NCBI GenBank assembly: GCA_963789855.1
Contig: CAWBMM010000007.1
Span: forward strand, 70,842-134,841
Direction of reading: 5' to 3'
DNA: 64,000 nucleotides
From: an uncultured Actinomycetota bacterium
GTDB lineage: Bacteria; Actinomycetota; Actinomycetes; JACCUZ01
In this document: piece after piece, positions 19,776-29,842 of the stretch
Layout: each line of letters begins with the position of its first letter
Position numbering within the stretch: the stretch's first letter is position 1
The notes under the pieces: model-generated
The model's database searches: none
What the model saw: only the letters and a program-made list of their open reading frames with translations
What the model was told of the DNA's origin: nothing
Translations under genes and position numbers: made by a program

Positions 19776-20530
19776 CCGACCCGTTCCCAGCCGCGCCGCG
19801 GCTTCCGGCTGCCCAGGTCGTCGTCGCGGCTGCGGTAGACGATGTAGGGGCGGGTGAGGTAGCCCAGCGGGGCGCTGAAGACGTGCACCAGCCGGGTGAA
19901 CGGCCAGAGCGCGAACAGCGCGAACGCCGCCAGGGCGTGCAGCTGGAACCCGATCGGGGCCGCGGCCATCAGCTCGGGGTGCGGGTCGAAGCCGGAAGAT
20001 GCCGCGGAACCAGATCGAGACGCCGTCGCGGTAGTCGTAGTCGCCGACGATGTTGGCCACCACGGTGTTGACCAGCCCGAGCACGATGACGGTGGCGAGG
20101 ACGGCGTACATCGCCTTGTCCATCCGCGTCGTCGCCGAGAAGACCGGCCCGACGGTGCGTCGCCGGTAGATGAGGATGGCCATCCCGACCACGGTGCAGA
20201 CCCCGGCGACCGTCCCGACCGCCGACCGCCGACGACGTGGTACATGCCCTCGGAGATCCCGACGGCCTCGGTCCACGACTGCGGCACGCCGAGCCCGATG
20301 ACGTGCCCGAGGATCACGACCAGCATGCCGAAGTGGAACAGCGGGCTGCCCATGCGCAGCAGCCGGCTCTCGTAGAGCTGGGAGGAGCGCGTGGTCCAGC
20401 CGAACTTGTCGTAGCGGTAGCGCCAGCAGTGCCCGACGACGAAGACGTCGAGGCAGACGTAGGGCAGGACCACCCAGAGCAGGAGCTGTTCGACGGCGCT
20501 GACGTCGCCGAGGAACTCGGCCGCGGTCAT
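19772..20530 (-). pseudogene. narI: respiratory nitrate reductase gamma subunit NarI, frame broken at two sites
   Basis: MTAAEFLGDVSAVEQLLLWVVLPYVCLDVFVVGHCWRYRYDKFGWTTRSSQLYESRLLRMGSPLFHFGMLVVILGH...MYHVV | AVGTVAGVCTVVGMAILIYRRRTVGPVFSATTRMDKAMYAVLATVIVLGLVNTVV...SIWFRGIF | GFDPHPELMAAAPIGFQLHALAAFALFALWPFTRLVHVFSAPLGYLTRPY. The breaks are a 2-nt surplus near 20223 and a 1-nt surplus near 19994. Confidence 0.85.
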
Positions 20531-21220
20531 CGCGGGCTCGCAGGACTGAGGTCGGTCGGCCGCCGGGTCGGGAACGGCAGCGGCACCGGCATGAACTCCG
20601 GCGGCGCGAACGGCGCGAGCCCGACCTCCTCGTCGGGCGGGCCCTCGGCGGCCAGCCGGCGCACGGCGTCCCGCTCGTCGCCGCGCAGCGGCGGCAGCGT
20701 GGCGGTGACCGCGCTCGAGCACGTCCGCCCACGGCGAGCCCGCGTCCTCGCAGGGCGAGCCGCAGCAGCTCGAGCCCGGCCCGGTGGTCGAGCAGCAGCC
20801 GCCGGCCGCGCTCCTGGTCGACGGTGCGCGGCGTACTCCAGCACGACGCACGAGGTGGTCGGGCAGCTCGTCGGTCGTCGAGCTCGAAGCCCGCGGCGCA
20901 GGTAGGTCTGCTTGAACCGCAGCAGCGCCACGCCGCGCTTGCGGGTGTCGCCGTGCGCGAAGTAGGTGAGGTAGAGGCTGCAGCGGCGCTGGTGGTCGAA
21001 CGTCTCGACGTAGTCGGCCTGGAGCTCAGGTCGAGGGTCGGCGTCGCCGAGGCATGGGCCAGGAACCTGCGCAGCGGGTCGCCGACCGCGGCCGGCAGCC
21101 GTGCGGCTCGGCGGCCAGGACCGGCAGCCGGGCGAGCGAGCTCGTCGTCGGGGTAGTCGAGCAGCAGCGACGCCGAGCTGCCAGGTGGCGGTCGGACGAC
21201 GTCGCGTTCCGGGCCGTCAT
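20527..21220 (-). pseudogene. narJ: nitrate reductase chaperone NarJ, many frame breaks
   Basis: Blocks rotate through all three frames: SSASLLLDYPDDEL, LARLPVLAAE, AARLPAAVGDPLRRFLAHASATPTLDL, QADYVETFDHQRRCSLYLTYFAHGDTRKRGVALLRFKQTYLR, AAGFELDD, DELPDHL, CVVLEYAA, TVDQERGRRLLLDHRAGLELLRLAL, EDAGSPWADVLE, AVTATLPPLRGDERDAVRRLAAEGPP.... The stop overlaps the narI ATG. The 5' end (ATG 21220) is tentative. Confidence 0.75.
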
Positions 21221-22940
21221 GGCCGGTCTCCGCTCGTGGCGGCCGGCGTCGTCGTCCCGCCCACGTGGCGGGAACAGGCCGGGCGGTGCGCCCTTGCCGT
21301 CCCAGTTGAGCAGGTTGACCCGGCTGCGCCTTGTCGTCCGGGCGCGGCCAGGGTGTCGGAGGTCTGCCGGTCCTGGAGCATCTGGAAGTTCTCGACCGCG
21401 ATCGGCGTCGGTGCCGCCCGAGCCCTCGCCGAACGGCCCGGAGCCGCCCATGCCGGGGCCGCCCTCGTAGTCGAGGCAGCACTCGGTGGCGAGCTCCTCG
21501 AGGGAGTGCGCCTGCTCGGCGTGCGCCGGCGGGATGACGTAGCGCTCGTCGTACTTCGCGATCGCGAGCAGCCGGTACATGTCGTACATCTCCTCCTCGG
21601 TCATCCCGACCGCGGCGGGGATCGCTCGCGTCGGGGTCGCGGCCCATGTTGATGTCGCGCATGTAGGAGCGCATCGCGGCGAGCTTCTGCAGGACGGCGT
21701 CGACCGGCGCGACGTCGCCGGCGGTGAACAGCTCGGCGAGGTACTCGACCGGGATCCGCAGCGCGTCGATCGCGGCGAACAGGTTGCCCTTGTCCTCGGC
21801 GTCGTAGCCGGTGTCCTTGACGACGTCGACCACCGGCGACAGCGGCGGGATGTACCAGACCATCGGCATGGTGCGGTACTCCGGGTGCAGCGGCAGCGCC
21901 ACCTGGTAGGTGTTGATCAGCGCGTAGATCGGCGACCGCTGGGCGGCCGTCGACCCAGTCGCGCGGGATGCCCGCCGCGCTCGGCCGCGCGCACGACCTC
22001 GGGGTCGTTCGGGTCGAGGAACACCGTCGCGCTGCGCCTCGTAGAGGCCGTGGTCGTCCGGCGGTCGACGCGGCCTCGAGCACCTTGTCGGCGTCGTAGA
22101 GCATCAGGCCGATGTAGCGCAGCCGGCCCGACGCAGGTCTCCGAGCAGACCGTGGGCAGGCCGACCTCGATGCGCGGGAAGCAGAACGTGCACTTCTCGG
22201 CCTTGCCGGTGCGGTGGTTGAAGTAGACCTTCTTGTACGGGCAGCCGCGACACGCACATCCGCCAGCCGCGGCAGCGGTCCTGGTCGACGAGGACGATGC
22301 CGTCCTCGGACGCGCTTGTAGATCGCGCCGCTGGGGCAGGACGCGGCGCACGACGGGTTCAGGCAGTGCTCGCAGATCCGCGGCAGGTAGAACATGAAGG
22401 TCTGCTCGAACTCGAACTTCACCTTGTCGGCGATCTTCTTCAGCATCGGGTCGCGTGTCGCCGTGGTCGCGGTCGAGCCGCCGAGGTCGTCGTCCCAGTT
22501 GGCCGACCACTCGATCTTCATGTCCTTGCCGGAGATCAGCGACTTCGGCCGGGCGACCGGGGTGTGCTCCTGCGGCGGGCGCGTCGGTCAGCGTGGCGTA
22601 GTCGTAGGTCCACGGCTCGTAGTAGTCGTCGATCGACGGGCAGCTTCGGGTTGGAGAAGATCGTGAGCAGCTTGCTTGCAGCCGGCCGCCGGCCTTGAGC
22701 GTCAGCCGGCCGCGCTTGTTGAGCGTCCAGCCGCCCTGCCACTTCTCCTGGTCCTCGTAGCGTGCGGGGGTAGCCCTGGCCGGGCCGGGTCTCGACGTTG
22801 TTGAACCAGACGTACTCGGTGCCGGTGCGGTTGGTCCACGCCTGCTTGCAGGTGACCGAGCAGGTGTGGCAGCCGATGCACTTGTCGAGGTTCATCACCA
22901 TCGCCATCTGGGCCATGACCTTCATGAGCTTGTCCTTCAT
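21217..22940 (-). pseudogene. narH: respiratory nitrate reductase beta subunit NarH, many frame breaks
   Basis: ATG 22940 after GGAGGTGG. Blocks: 'MAMVMNLDKCIGCHTCSVTCK', 'KLLTIFSNPKLP', 'MKIEWSANWDDDLGG...CEHCLNPSCAASCPSGAIYKR', 'GCPYKKVYFNHRTGKAEKCTFCFPRIEVGLPTVCSETCVG', 'RLRYIGLMLYDADKV', 'PLHPEYRTMPMVWYIPPLSPV', 'MTEEEMYDMYRLLAIAKYDERYVIPP', 'RVNLLNWDGKGAPPGLFPP'. They are spread over ORF fragments 22536-22940, 21601-22521, 21917-22510, 18489-21902 and 21026-21604. 3' end tentative. Confidence 0.8.
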
Positions 22941-25900
22941 GAGTAGGCCACCTCCTGCGAGCGCTTGCGGATGACGGTGACCTCGTCGCGCTGGTTGCCG
23001 GTGGGGCCGAGGTAGTTGAAGGCGAAGGACAGCTGGGCGTAGCCGCCGATCAGGTGGGTCGGCTTGACCAGCAGCCGGGTCAGCGAGTTGTGGATGCCGC
23101 CGCGCTTGCCCGAGGTCTCCGCGATCGGCACGTCGATCAGCCGGTCCTGCGCGTGGTGCATGTAGACCGTGCCCTCGGGCATCCGGTGCGACACGATCGC
23201 CCGGGCGACGACGACGCCGTTGCGGTTGACCGCCTCGATCCAGTCGTTGTCCTGCGATGCCGACCTTGGCGGCGTCCTCGCTCGCTCATCCAGATGTCTG
23301 GCCGCCGCGCGACAGCGACAGCATGAACAGGTTGTCCTGGTACTCCGAGTGGATCGACCACTTGTTGTGCGGCGTCAGGTAGCGCACCGTGAGCCCCGAG
23401 CTCGCCGGTCGTCGCCGACCTTGCGGCTCGCCGAACAGCGCCGCCATGTTCAGCGGCGGCCGGTAGACCGGCAGCCCCTCGCCGAGCTCGGTCATCCAGT
23501 CGTGGTCGAGGTAGAAGTGCATGCCGGCCGGTCAGGGTGTGCCACGGCTTGAGCCGCTCGACGTTGATGGTGAACGGCGAGTAGCGCCGGCCGCCGGTCT
23601 CCGAGCCCGACCACTCCGGCGAGGTGATGACCGGCACCGGGCGGGCCCTGGGTGTCGGCGAAGGTGATCTGCTTGCCCTCGTGCTCCGCGGCCAGGTCGG
23701 CCAGCCGGCTGCCCGGTGCGCTTCTCGAGGGTCTGGAAGCCCTGCGTGGCCAGGTGCCCGTTCGTGGTGCCGGACAGGGCCAGGATCGCCTCGCAGGCGT
23801 GGACGTCGCGCTGCGAGCGACGGGCGCCCGTCGGCGACGCCGCCGCGCACGGCGCCGTTCTTGCGGCGCAGGTAGTCGACCTGCGCGGTCGAGCGTCGAA
23901 GGTGACGCCCTTGGTGGTCGCGCCGAGGGTGTCCATCAGCGGGCCGAGCGCGTTCATCTTCGCCGCGACGGCGCGCGTAGTCGCGCTCGACCTCGACGAG
24001 CTTCGGCATCGTCACGCCCGGGCACCGGCTCGCACTCGCCCTCCTTCCAGTCGCGCGACGACGCCGTGCGGGTTGGCCATCGCGTCGGGGGTGTCGTGCA
24101 GTCAGCGGGACCGCGACGACGTCCTTGCGCACGCCGAGGTGGGTCGCGGCGAGCTCGCTGAACTTCGCGGCGATGGTCTGCAAGGCGTCCCAGTCGGTGC
24201 GGGTCTGCCACGGCGGCGCGATGGCGGGGTTGAACGAGTGGACGAACGGGTGCATGTCGGTGGTGTTGAGGTCGTGCTTCTCGTACCAGGTGGCGGCCGG
24301 CAGCACGACGTCGGAGAAGATCGTGGTGCTGGTCATGCCGGAAGTCGAGCGTCAGCAGCAGGTCGAGCTTGCCCTCCGGCGCCTCGTCGCGCCACACCAC
24401 GTCGCTCGGGCGCTGCGCCTCCGGCGGCGTCTCGGTGGCCCGCAGCGAGCGAGTCGGTGCCGAGCAGGTGCTTGAGGAAGTACTCGTTGCCCTTGCCCGA
24501 GGAGCCGAGCAGGTTGGCCCGCCAGATCGACAGGATCCGCGGGTAGTTGTCCGGGCGCGTCCGGGTCCTCGCCGGCGAAGCGCGAGGTCGCCGGACTTCA
24601 GCTGCTCGACGACGTAGCTCGCCGACCGGCTTGCCCGCCGCGGCCGCGTCGTCGGCGAGGTCGAGCGGGTTGCGGTCGAACGTCGGGTACGACGGCATCC
24701 AGCCCATCCGGGCGCGACTGCGCGATCACGTCGGCCGTCGTCTTGCCGGCGAGCTGCCCCTCGCCGGTGGTCGCCGACAGCGTGTCGGCGCCGAAGTGGT
24801 CGTAGCGGAACTGGTCGGTGTGCAGGTACCAGTACGCCGTCTGGATCATCTGCCGCGGCGGCCGGGACCAGTCCAGCGCGAACGCGAGCTGCGCCCAGCC
24901 GGTGATCGGGCGGCACCTTCTCCTGGCCGACGTAGTGCGCCCAGCCGCCGCCGTTGACGCCCTGGCAGCCGGTCAGCGTGGTCAGCGTCGAGGAACGCGC
25001 GGTAGATCGTGTCGGAGTGGAACCAGTGGTTGGTGCCGGCACCCATCAGGATCATCGAGCGGCCGCGGGACTCCTCGGCGTTGGCGGCGAACTCCCGGCC
25101 GATCCGCGCGGCCGTCGCGGCCGGCACGCCGGTGATGGTCTCCTGCCAGGCCGGGCGTGTACGGCTCGTCGGCGTCGTCGTAGCCCGTCGGCCACTCGCC
25201 GGGCAGGCCGTCGCGCGACACGCCGTACTGCGCCAGCATCAGGTCGAAGACGGTCGTGACCAGGTGGCCGCCGACCCGCCGGACGGGCACGCCGCGCGCG
25301 CAGGACCGCGGCCGCGCCGTCCGGGGCGTCGAAGCGCGGCAGCAGCACCGCGACCGGCGCCTCGGCGCCGCCGGCAGCGGAGAGCAGCGGGTCGACGTCG
25401 CCGAGGTCGAGGTTCCACCTGCCGGCACCGGCCGTCGCCGAACCGGTGGCCCAGCGAGCCGTGCGGCACGACCGGCTCGACCGGTCGCGCGCGTCGAGCA
25501 GCACGGTCTTGAAGTGCGGCGTTCTCCGCGTCCTGCGTCGCCCTCGAGGTCGGCGGCGGTGAGGAACTTGCCGGCGTAGTAGCTCGCCGTCGCGCTCCTC
25601 GAGCCGGACCAGGAACGGCAGGTCGGTGTAGCTTCTTCACGTACTCGGTGAAGTAGGGCACCTGCCGGTCGACGAAGAACTCCTTGAGCGACGACGTGGC
25701 CCATCGCCATCGCCAGCGCGCCGTCGGTGCCGGGCTGGGCGGCGAGCCACTCGTCGGCGAACTTCACGTTGTCGGCGTAGTCGGGCGAGACCGCGACGAC
25801 CTTCTGACCGCGGTAGCGCGCCTCGGTCATCCAGTGCGCGTCGGGCGTGCGGGTCACCGGGAGGTTGGAGCCCCACATGATGAGGTAGCCGGCGTCCCAC

Positions 25901-26697
25901 CAGTCGCCTGACTCGGGTACGTCGGTCTGGTCGCCGAACACCTGCGGCGAGGCCACCGGCAGGTCGGCGTACCAGTCGTAGAACGACAGCATCGAGCCGC
26001 CGATGAGGAGACGAAGCGCGCACCGGACGCGTGCGACACCATCGACATCGCCGGGATCGGCGAGAACCCGGCGACCCGGTCGGGGCCGAACCTCTTGATC
26101 GTGTGACGTGGGCGGCCGCGACGATCTCGCTGGCCTCCTCCCAGGTGGCGCGCACCAGGCCGCCCTTGCCGCGGGCCCGCTTGTAGCGCCGGGACCGCTC
26201 GGGGTCGTCGACGATGTCGGCCCAGGCGAGCACCGGGTCGCCGTCGTGCGGGCCTTGGCCTCGCGGTACATCTCCAGCAGGACGCCGCGGACGTAGGGGT
26301 AGCGCACCCGGGTGGGGGAGTAGGTGTACCAGGAGAACGCGGCCCCGCGGGGGCAGCCGCGCGGCTCGTACTCCGGGCTGTCCGGCCCGACCGACGGGTA
26401 GTCGGTCTGCTGCGACTCCCAGGTGATGATGCCGTCCTTGACGTAGACCTTCCACGAGCACGAGCCGGTGCAGTTGACGCCGTGGGTCGACCGCACGACC
26501 TTGTCGTGGCTCCACCGGTCGCGGTAGAAGTCGTCGGCCTGCCGCCCGCCGGACCGGTGCAGGGTCCGCAGGTCGGCGGACACCTCCGCCTTCGTGAAGA
26601 ACCGCCGGGTGCGCACGAGCGCCTCGCTCAGCGGGTCGTCGAGCGCGGCCGGCCGCCCGCGTCGACCGGCTGCGGCTCCAGGCTCCGACGTGGTCAT
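22937..26697 (-). pseudogene. narG: respiratory nitrate reductase alpha subunit NarG, very many frame breaks
   Basis: N-terminus 'MTTSEPG...HGVNCTGSCSWKVYVKDGIITWESQQTDYP'. Internal blocks: 'HDGDPVLAWADIVDDPERSRRYKRARGKGGLVRATWEEASEIVAAAHV', 'MSMVSHASGARFVS', 'LIGGSMLSFYDWYADLPVASPQVFGDQTDVPESGDWWDAGYLIMWGSN', 'SMILMGAGTNHWFHSDTIYRAFL', 'MIQTAYWYLHTDQFRYDHFGAD', 'MTSTTIFSDVVLPAATWYEKHDLNTTDMHPFVHSFNPAI'. C-terminus '...GGIHNSLTRLLVKPTHLIGGYAQLSFAFNYLGPTGNQRDEVTVIRKRSQEVAYS'. The blocks are distributed over at least 13 ORF-track fragments in all three frames. Confidence 0.85.
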
Positions 26698-27377
26698 GGG
26701 CGGGACGTCCTCTCGGTCGCACTCCGGGTCGTCTGCGAACGTAGCCCCAGCCGGAGCACACAGGCTCCGGGCTCGGCGAAGGCGTCCAGGGTCGTCCGCT
26801 CCGGGTCACCGCCGAGGGCCTCGAGCGCACCCCGGGCGATGCCCAGATGCACGGGGCAGACGACCTCGGGGTTGGCCCGCGCGGCGTCGAGCAGCGGGCA
26901 GCGCCGGAGCCGCACCGTCATGGCGCGCGCGTCGGCCTCCGGGGCGAAGCCCAGGTCGGCGAACAGCTCGACCACCTTCCGGCGGGCGTACGCCGAGCTG
27001 CCGGCGGGCTCGCTCTCGACCAGGGAGCGCCCCCACGCCGCGCCGGCGGCCAAGGCGTCTGCCTCCGGGTCGGCGCTCGTCCGGGAGATCTGCCCGGCAA
27101 GAGCCGAGGCCAGGCCCGCGTAGTCGCGGACCCGCGGGTCGGGCTCGGGCTGGTCGTCGACCGCCGCGTAGGACCAGGCGGGGCGGCCACGGCCCTGCGC
27201 CGGGGCCAGCTCCCGCGAGGCCAGCCCGCGCTCGACGAGGGCATCGAGGTGCTTGCGCGCCGTGTTCGGGTGCTGCCCCAACCGGGTCGCGGCCTCCTCG
27301 ACGGTGACTGCGGCGCCGGCGTGCTGAAGGTGCTCCAGGACCCTGGCTCGCTGCGGTGACAGGGGCGAGCTGCTCAC
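26694..27377 (-). CDS. wHTH (ArsR-like) transcriptional regulator with Cys/His-containing C-terminal domain
   Basis: GTG 27377. 'LSPQRARVLEHLQHAGAAVTVEEAATRLGQHPNTARKHLDALVERGLASRE...GRGRPAWSY' (winged helix). C-terminal 'RLRRCPLLDAARANPEVVCPVHLGIARGALEAL'. The stop overlaps the narG ATG (ATGA 26694-26697). This is the C-terminal part of the chimeric ORF 26694-28565. Confidence 0.65.
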   Translation of the reverse strand: MSSSPLSPQRARVLEHLQHAGAAVTVEEAATRLGQHPNTARKHLDALVERGLASRELAPAQGRGRPAWSYAAVDDQPEPDPRVRDYAGLASALAGQISRTSADPEADALAAGAAWGRSLVESEPAGSSAYARRKVVELFADLGFAPEADARAMTVRLRRCPLLDAARANPEVVCPVHLGIARGALEALGGDPERTTLDAFAEPGACVLRLGLRSQTTRSATERTSRP

Positions 27378-27448
27378 GGCGTACCGAGCGGGCGCGGGAC
27401 CGTACCCGTCCGGGTCGGTGATCGTGACGGTGGCAGATGGTGGCCGCA

Positions 27449-28660
27449 CTAGGCGCGCGCCTTCTCGCGCGGCAGGCGCAGGACGACGAAGGCCAGCGCG
27501 ATCGCGGCCGTGACGCAGAGCAGCACCAGGCCGGTGGTGTAGCTGCCGTCCGCCTCGTTGTAGGTGGCGCCCATCACCAGTGGCGGGAAGAAGCCGCCCA
27601 GACCACCGGCCGCACCGACGATGCCGGCGACCGAGCCGACCCGGTCGGCCGGTGCGCGCAGCGCGACCCAGGCGAAGACGCCGCCCATGCCGATGCCCAG
27701 CAGGAACGCCATCGCGATGAACGACAGGCCGGCGGCCAGCTCGGGAGCGGGCTGGGTGGCGACCACGAGGGCCATCAGGGCGGCGCCGGTCAGCGAGGTG
27801 ATGACCACCGGGCGCGGGTGGATCCGGTCGGAGAGGACGCCCCCGATGGGCCGCGCGACGACGGCTGCCAGGGCGAAGCCGGCGGTGCGGGTGCCCGCCT
27901 GGGTGAGATCGAAGTCGTAGACGTCCTTGAGGTACGTCGGCAGGTAGGTCGCGAAGGCCACGAAGCCGCCGAACGTGACGGCGTACAGGAACGACATCGC
28001 CCAGGTGACGGGCAGCCGCAACGCCGCTGCGAGCTTGGGGACGACCGGTTCGCGGTTGGCGCTCCAGCGGGGCGAGTCGGCCATCATCGTCCAGCTCACG
28101 ACTCCGACGACCACCACTCCGGCGGCCACGAGCAGATAGGTCTGGGTGTAGCCGAACCAGGTGACGAAGCGAGGGGTGAAGAAGGCTGACAGCGCGGTGC
28201 CGCCCATGCCGGCGCCGAAGATGCCGGTCGCGAAGCCGCGCCGTGCCGGGTCGAACCAGGCGCTGACGAACGGGATGCCGACGGCGAACGTGGTGCCGGC
28301 GATGCCCAGGAAGAAGGCGGAGACGAGCAGCAACGGGAAGGACTCGTGGTTGCCGGCGAACACCACCAGGAGGACGGGGGGCACGGATGCGAAGCAGAGC
28401 AGGGTGAACATCAGGCGCCCGCCGTAGCGGTCGGCGAGCGCGCCGGTCACGATCCTGCCCAGCGAGCCCACGAGCACCGGGAGGGCCACGAGCAGTGCCT
28501 TCTGGCTCGAGGTCAGCCCGAACTGCTCGGTGTAGCGCACGCCGAGCGGGGCGATCAGGTTCCACGCCCAGAAGGTCATCGCAAAGGCCAGGGTGGCCAG
28601 CGCCAGGTTGCGCATCTGCCCGACGCGGACGTCGGGGGCGGTGGTCTCTGCTGTCGTCAT
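27449..28660 (-). CDS. narK: MFS nitrate/nitrite transporter (NarK/NNP family)
   Basis: About 403 aa, uninterrupted, 12 hydrophobic segments. 'GRIVTGALADRYGGR' MFS loop motif and Gly-rich 'GIVGAAGGLGGFFPP'. ATG 28660 is preferred (AGGGAG 9 nt upstream) over GTG 28675. Confidence 0.85.
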   Translation of the reverse strand: MTTAETTAPDVRVGQMRNLALATLAFAMTFWAWNLIAPLGVRYTEQFGLTSSQKALLVALPVLVGSLGRIVTGALADRYGGRLMFTLLCFASVPPVLLVVFAGNHESFPLLLVSAFFLGIAGTTFAVGIPFVSAWFDPARRGFATGIFGAGMGGTALSAFFTPRFVTWFGYTQTYLLVAAGVVVVGVVSWTMMADSPRWSANREPVVPKLAAALRLPVTWAMSFLYAVTFGGFVAFATYLPTYLKDVYDFDLTQAGTRTAGFALAAVVARPIGGVLSDRIHPRPVVITSLTGAALMALVVATQPAPELAAGLSFIAMAFLLGIGMGGVFAWVALRAPADRVGSVAGIVGAAGGLGGFFPPLVMGATYNEADGSYTTGLVLLCVTAAIALAFVVLRLPREKARA

Positions 28661-28765
28661 CTCGGTCTCCCTCACGGCCGCGGTCGCAGCCTTATTTTCT
28701 ACGTACTAGACTGTAGTAAAGATTCGGGTCGCCGAACAACCCCTGTGAGGAAGGACACGCCGGCC
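28661..28765. promoter_or_regulatory. divergent narK / hemerythrin promoter region with AT-rich core
   Basis: Core 28691-28732 'cttattttctacgtactagactgtagtaaagattc' is by far the most AT-rich stretch I saw in the window. It contains the partial dyad ctac-N3-ctag-N3-gtag. Confidence 0.5.
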
Positions 28766-29842
28766 GTGTGCGAGTACTGCGGTTGCCAGGCGCTGGACGC
28801 CATCGCCGAGCTGACGGCGGAGCACGACGCCGTCGTCGAGCTCGCCGGACAGGCGCGCCGGGCCTTGGAACGGGGCGACCTGGCGCTGGCGGCCGACCGT
28901 TCACGGGCGATCTCCGCCGTGCTGCGACCGCACACCGCCGTGGAGGAGGGCGCGCTGTTCCCGGCCATGGCCGCCGAGTTCGGCGAGCACGTCGGTCGGC
29001 TCGTCGGCGACCACCGGCGCATCGAGGGAGTGCTCGCCGAGGCGGCCGCCGGCACGCCGTCGGACCCCGCGTGGCCGGCTCGGCTGGAGCTGACGCTCGA
29101 CGAGCTCCGCGAGCACATCCTCCGGGAGCAGGACGGGCTGTTCCCGGCGGCTCTGGTCGCCCTGGACGCCGACCAGTGGGACGCCCTCGCGTCGGTGCGC
29201 GCCGGAGTGACACCCACGCCGCGGCCGACCCGGTGGGTCACCGAGACCGACGACAACCACTCCGCGTGGTACGTCGAGCGGTTCCGCCGGATGGCTGCCG
29301 ACGGGGCCGATCTGGGTGGCGAGGCCAGGCTCGTCGACGCGATGGTCGCGCCGGGCTCGACGATCCTCGACGCCGGCTGCGGGACCGGTCGGGTCGCCGC
29401 ACATCTGCACGCGCGGGGTCACCGGGTGGTCGGCGTGGACGCCGATCCGGTGCTGATCGCCGCAGCGCAGGCCGACCATCCCGGCCCCGACTGGGTCGTG
29501 GCCGACCTGGCCCACCTCGACCTGGCGGCCGGCGGCCATCGTCCGGACCGGTTCGACGCGGCCGTGGTCGCGGGCAACGTCCTCGCCTTCGTCGCCGCCG
29601 GCACCGAGCCGGACGTGCTCGCTCGGATCGCGGCGCACCTCGTGCCGGACGGCATCGCCCTCGTGGGCTTCGGCACCGACCGGGGGTACCCGTTGACCTC
29701 GTTCGACGCCGACCTGTCGGCGGCGGGCTTCACGCTCGAGCACCGGTTCGCCACCTGGGACCTCAGGCCATGGCACGCCGACGCCCCCTTCGCCGTCAGC
29801 GTGCTGAGACGGCTCGGCCACTCTTCCGAGGAGCACTCGTGA
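28766..29842 (+). CDS. hemerythrin-like domain fused to class I SAM-dependent methyltransferase
   Basis: GTG 28766 (GAGGAAGGA upstream). N-terminal 'VCEYCGCQALDAIAELTAEHD...HTAVEEGALFP...LREHILREQDGLFP' (hemerythrin-like, about 150 aa). It continues without a stop into 'TETDDNHSAWYVERFRR...ILDAGCGTGRVAAHL...VVGVDADP' (methyltransferase). Confidence 0.65.
   Translation: MCEYCGCQALDAIAELTAEHDAVVELAGQARRALERGDLALAADRSRAISAVLRPHTAVEEGALFPAMAAEFGEHVGRLVGDHRRIEGVLAEAAAGTPSDPAWPARLELTLDELREHILREQDGLFPAALVALDADQWDALASVRAGVTPTPRPTRWVTETDDNHSAWYVERFRRMAADGADLGGEARLVDAMVAPGSTILDAGCGTGRVAAHLHARGHRVVGVDADPVLIAAAQADHPGPDWVVADLAHLDLAAGGHRPDRFDAAVVAGNVLAFVAAGTEPDVLARIAAHLVPDGIALVGFGTDRGYPLTSFDADLSAAGFTLEHRFATWDLRPWHADAPFAVSVLRRLGHSSEEHS

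Noticed and set aside
18489-21902. 1137-aa ORF spanning moeA to narH.
   Set aside because: It is a chimera. The 3' 428 codons are MoeA. The rest is a mixture of off-frame sequence and short in-frame NarI/NarJ/NarH blocks created by the indels.
19772-26697. Programmed ribosomal frameshifting or recoding as an explanation for the nar frame changes.
   Set aside because: There are far too many events (dozens). They involve both surplus and missing bases and show no recurring slippery motif or downstream structure at the junctions I examined.
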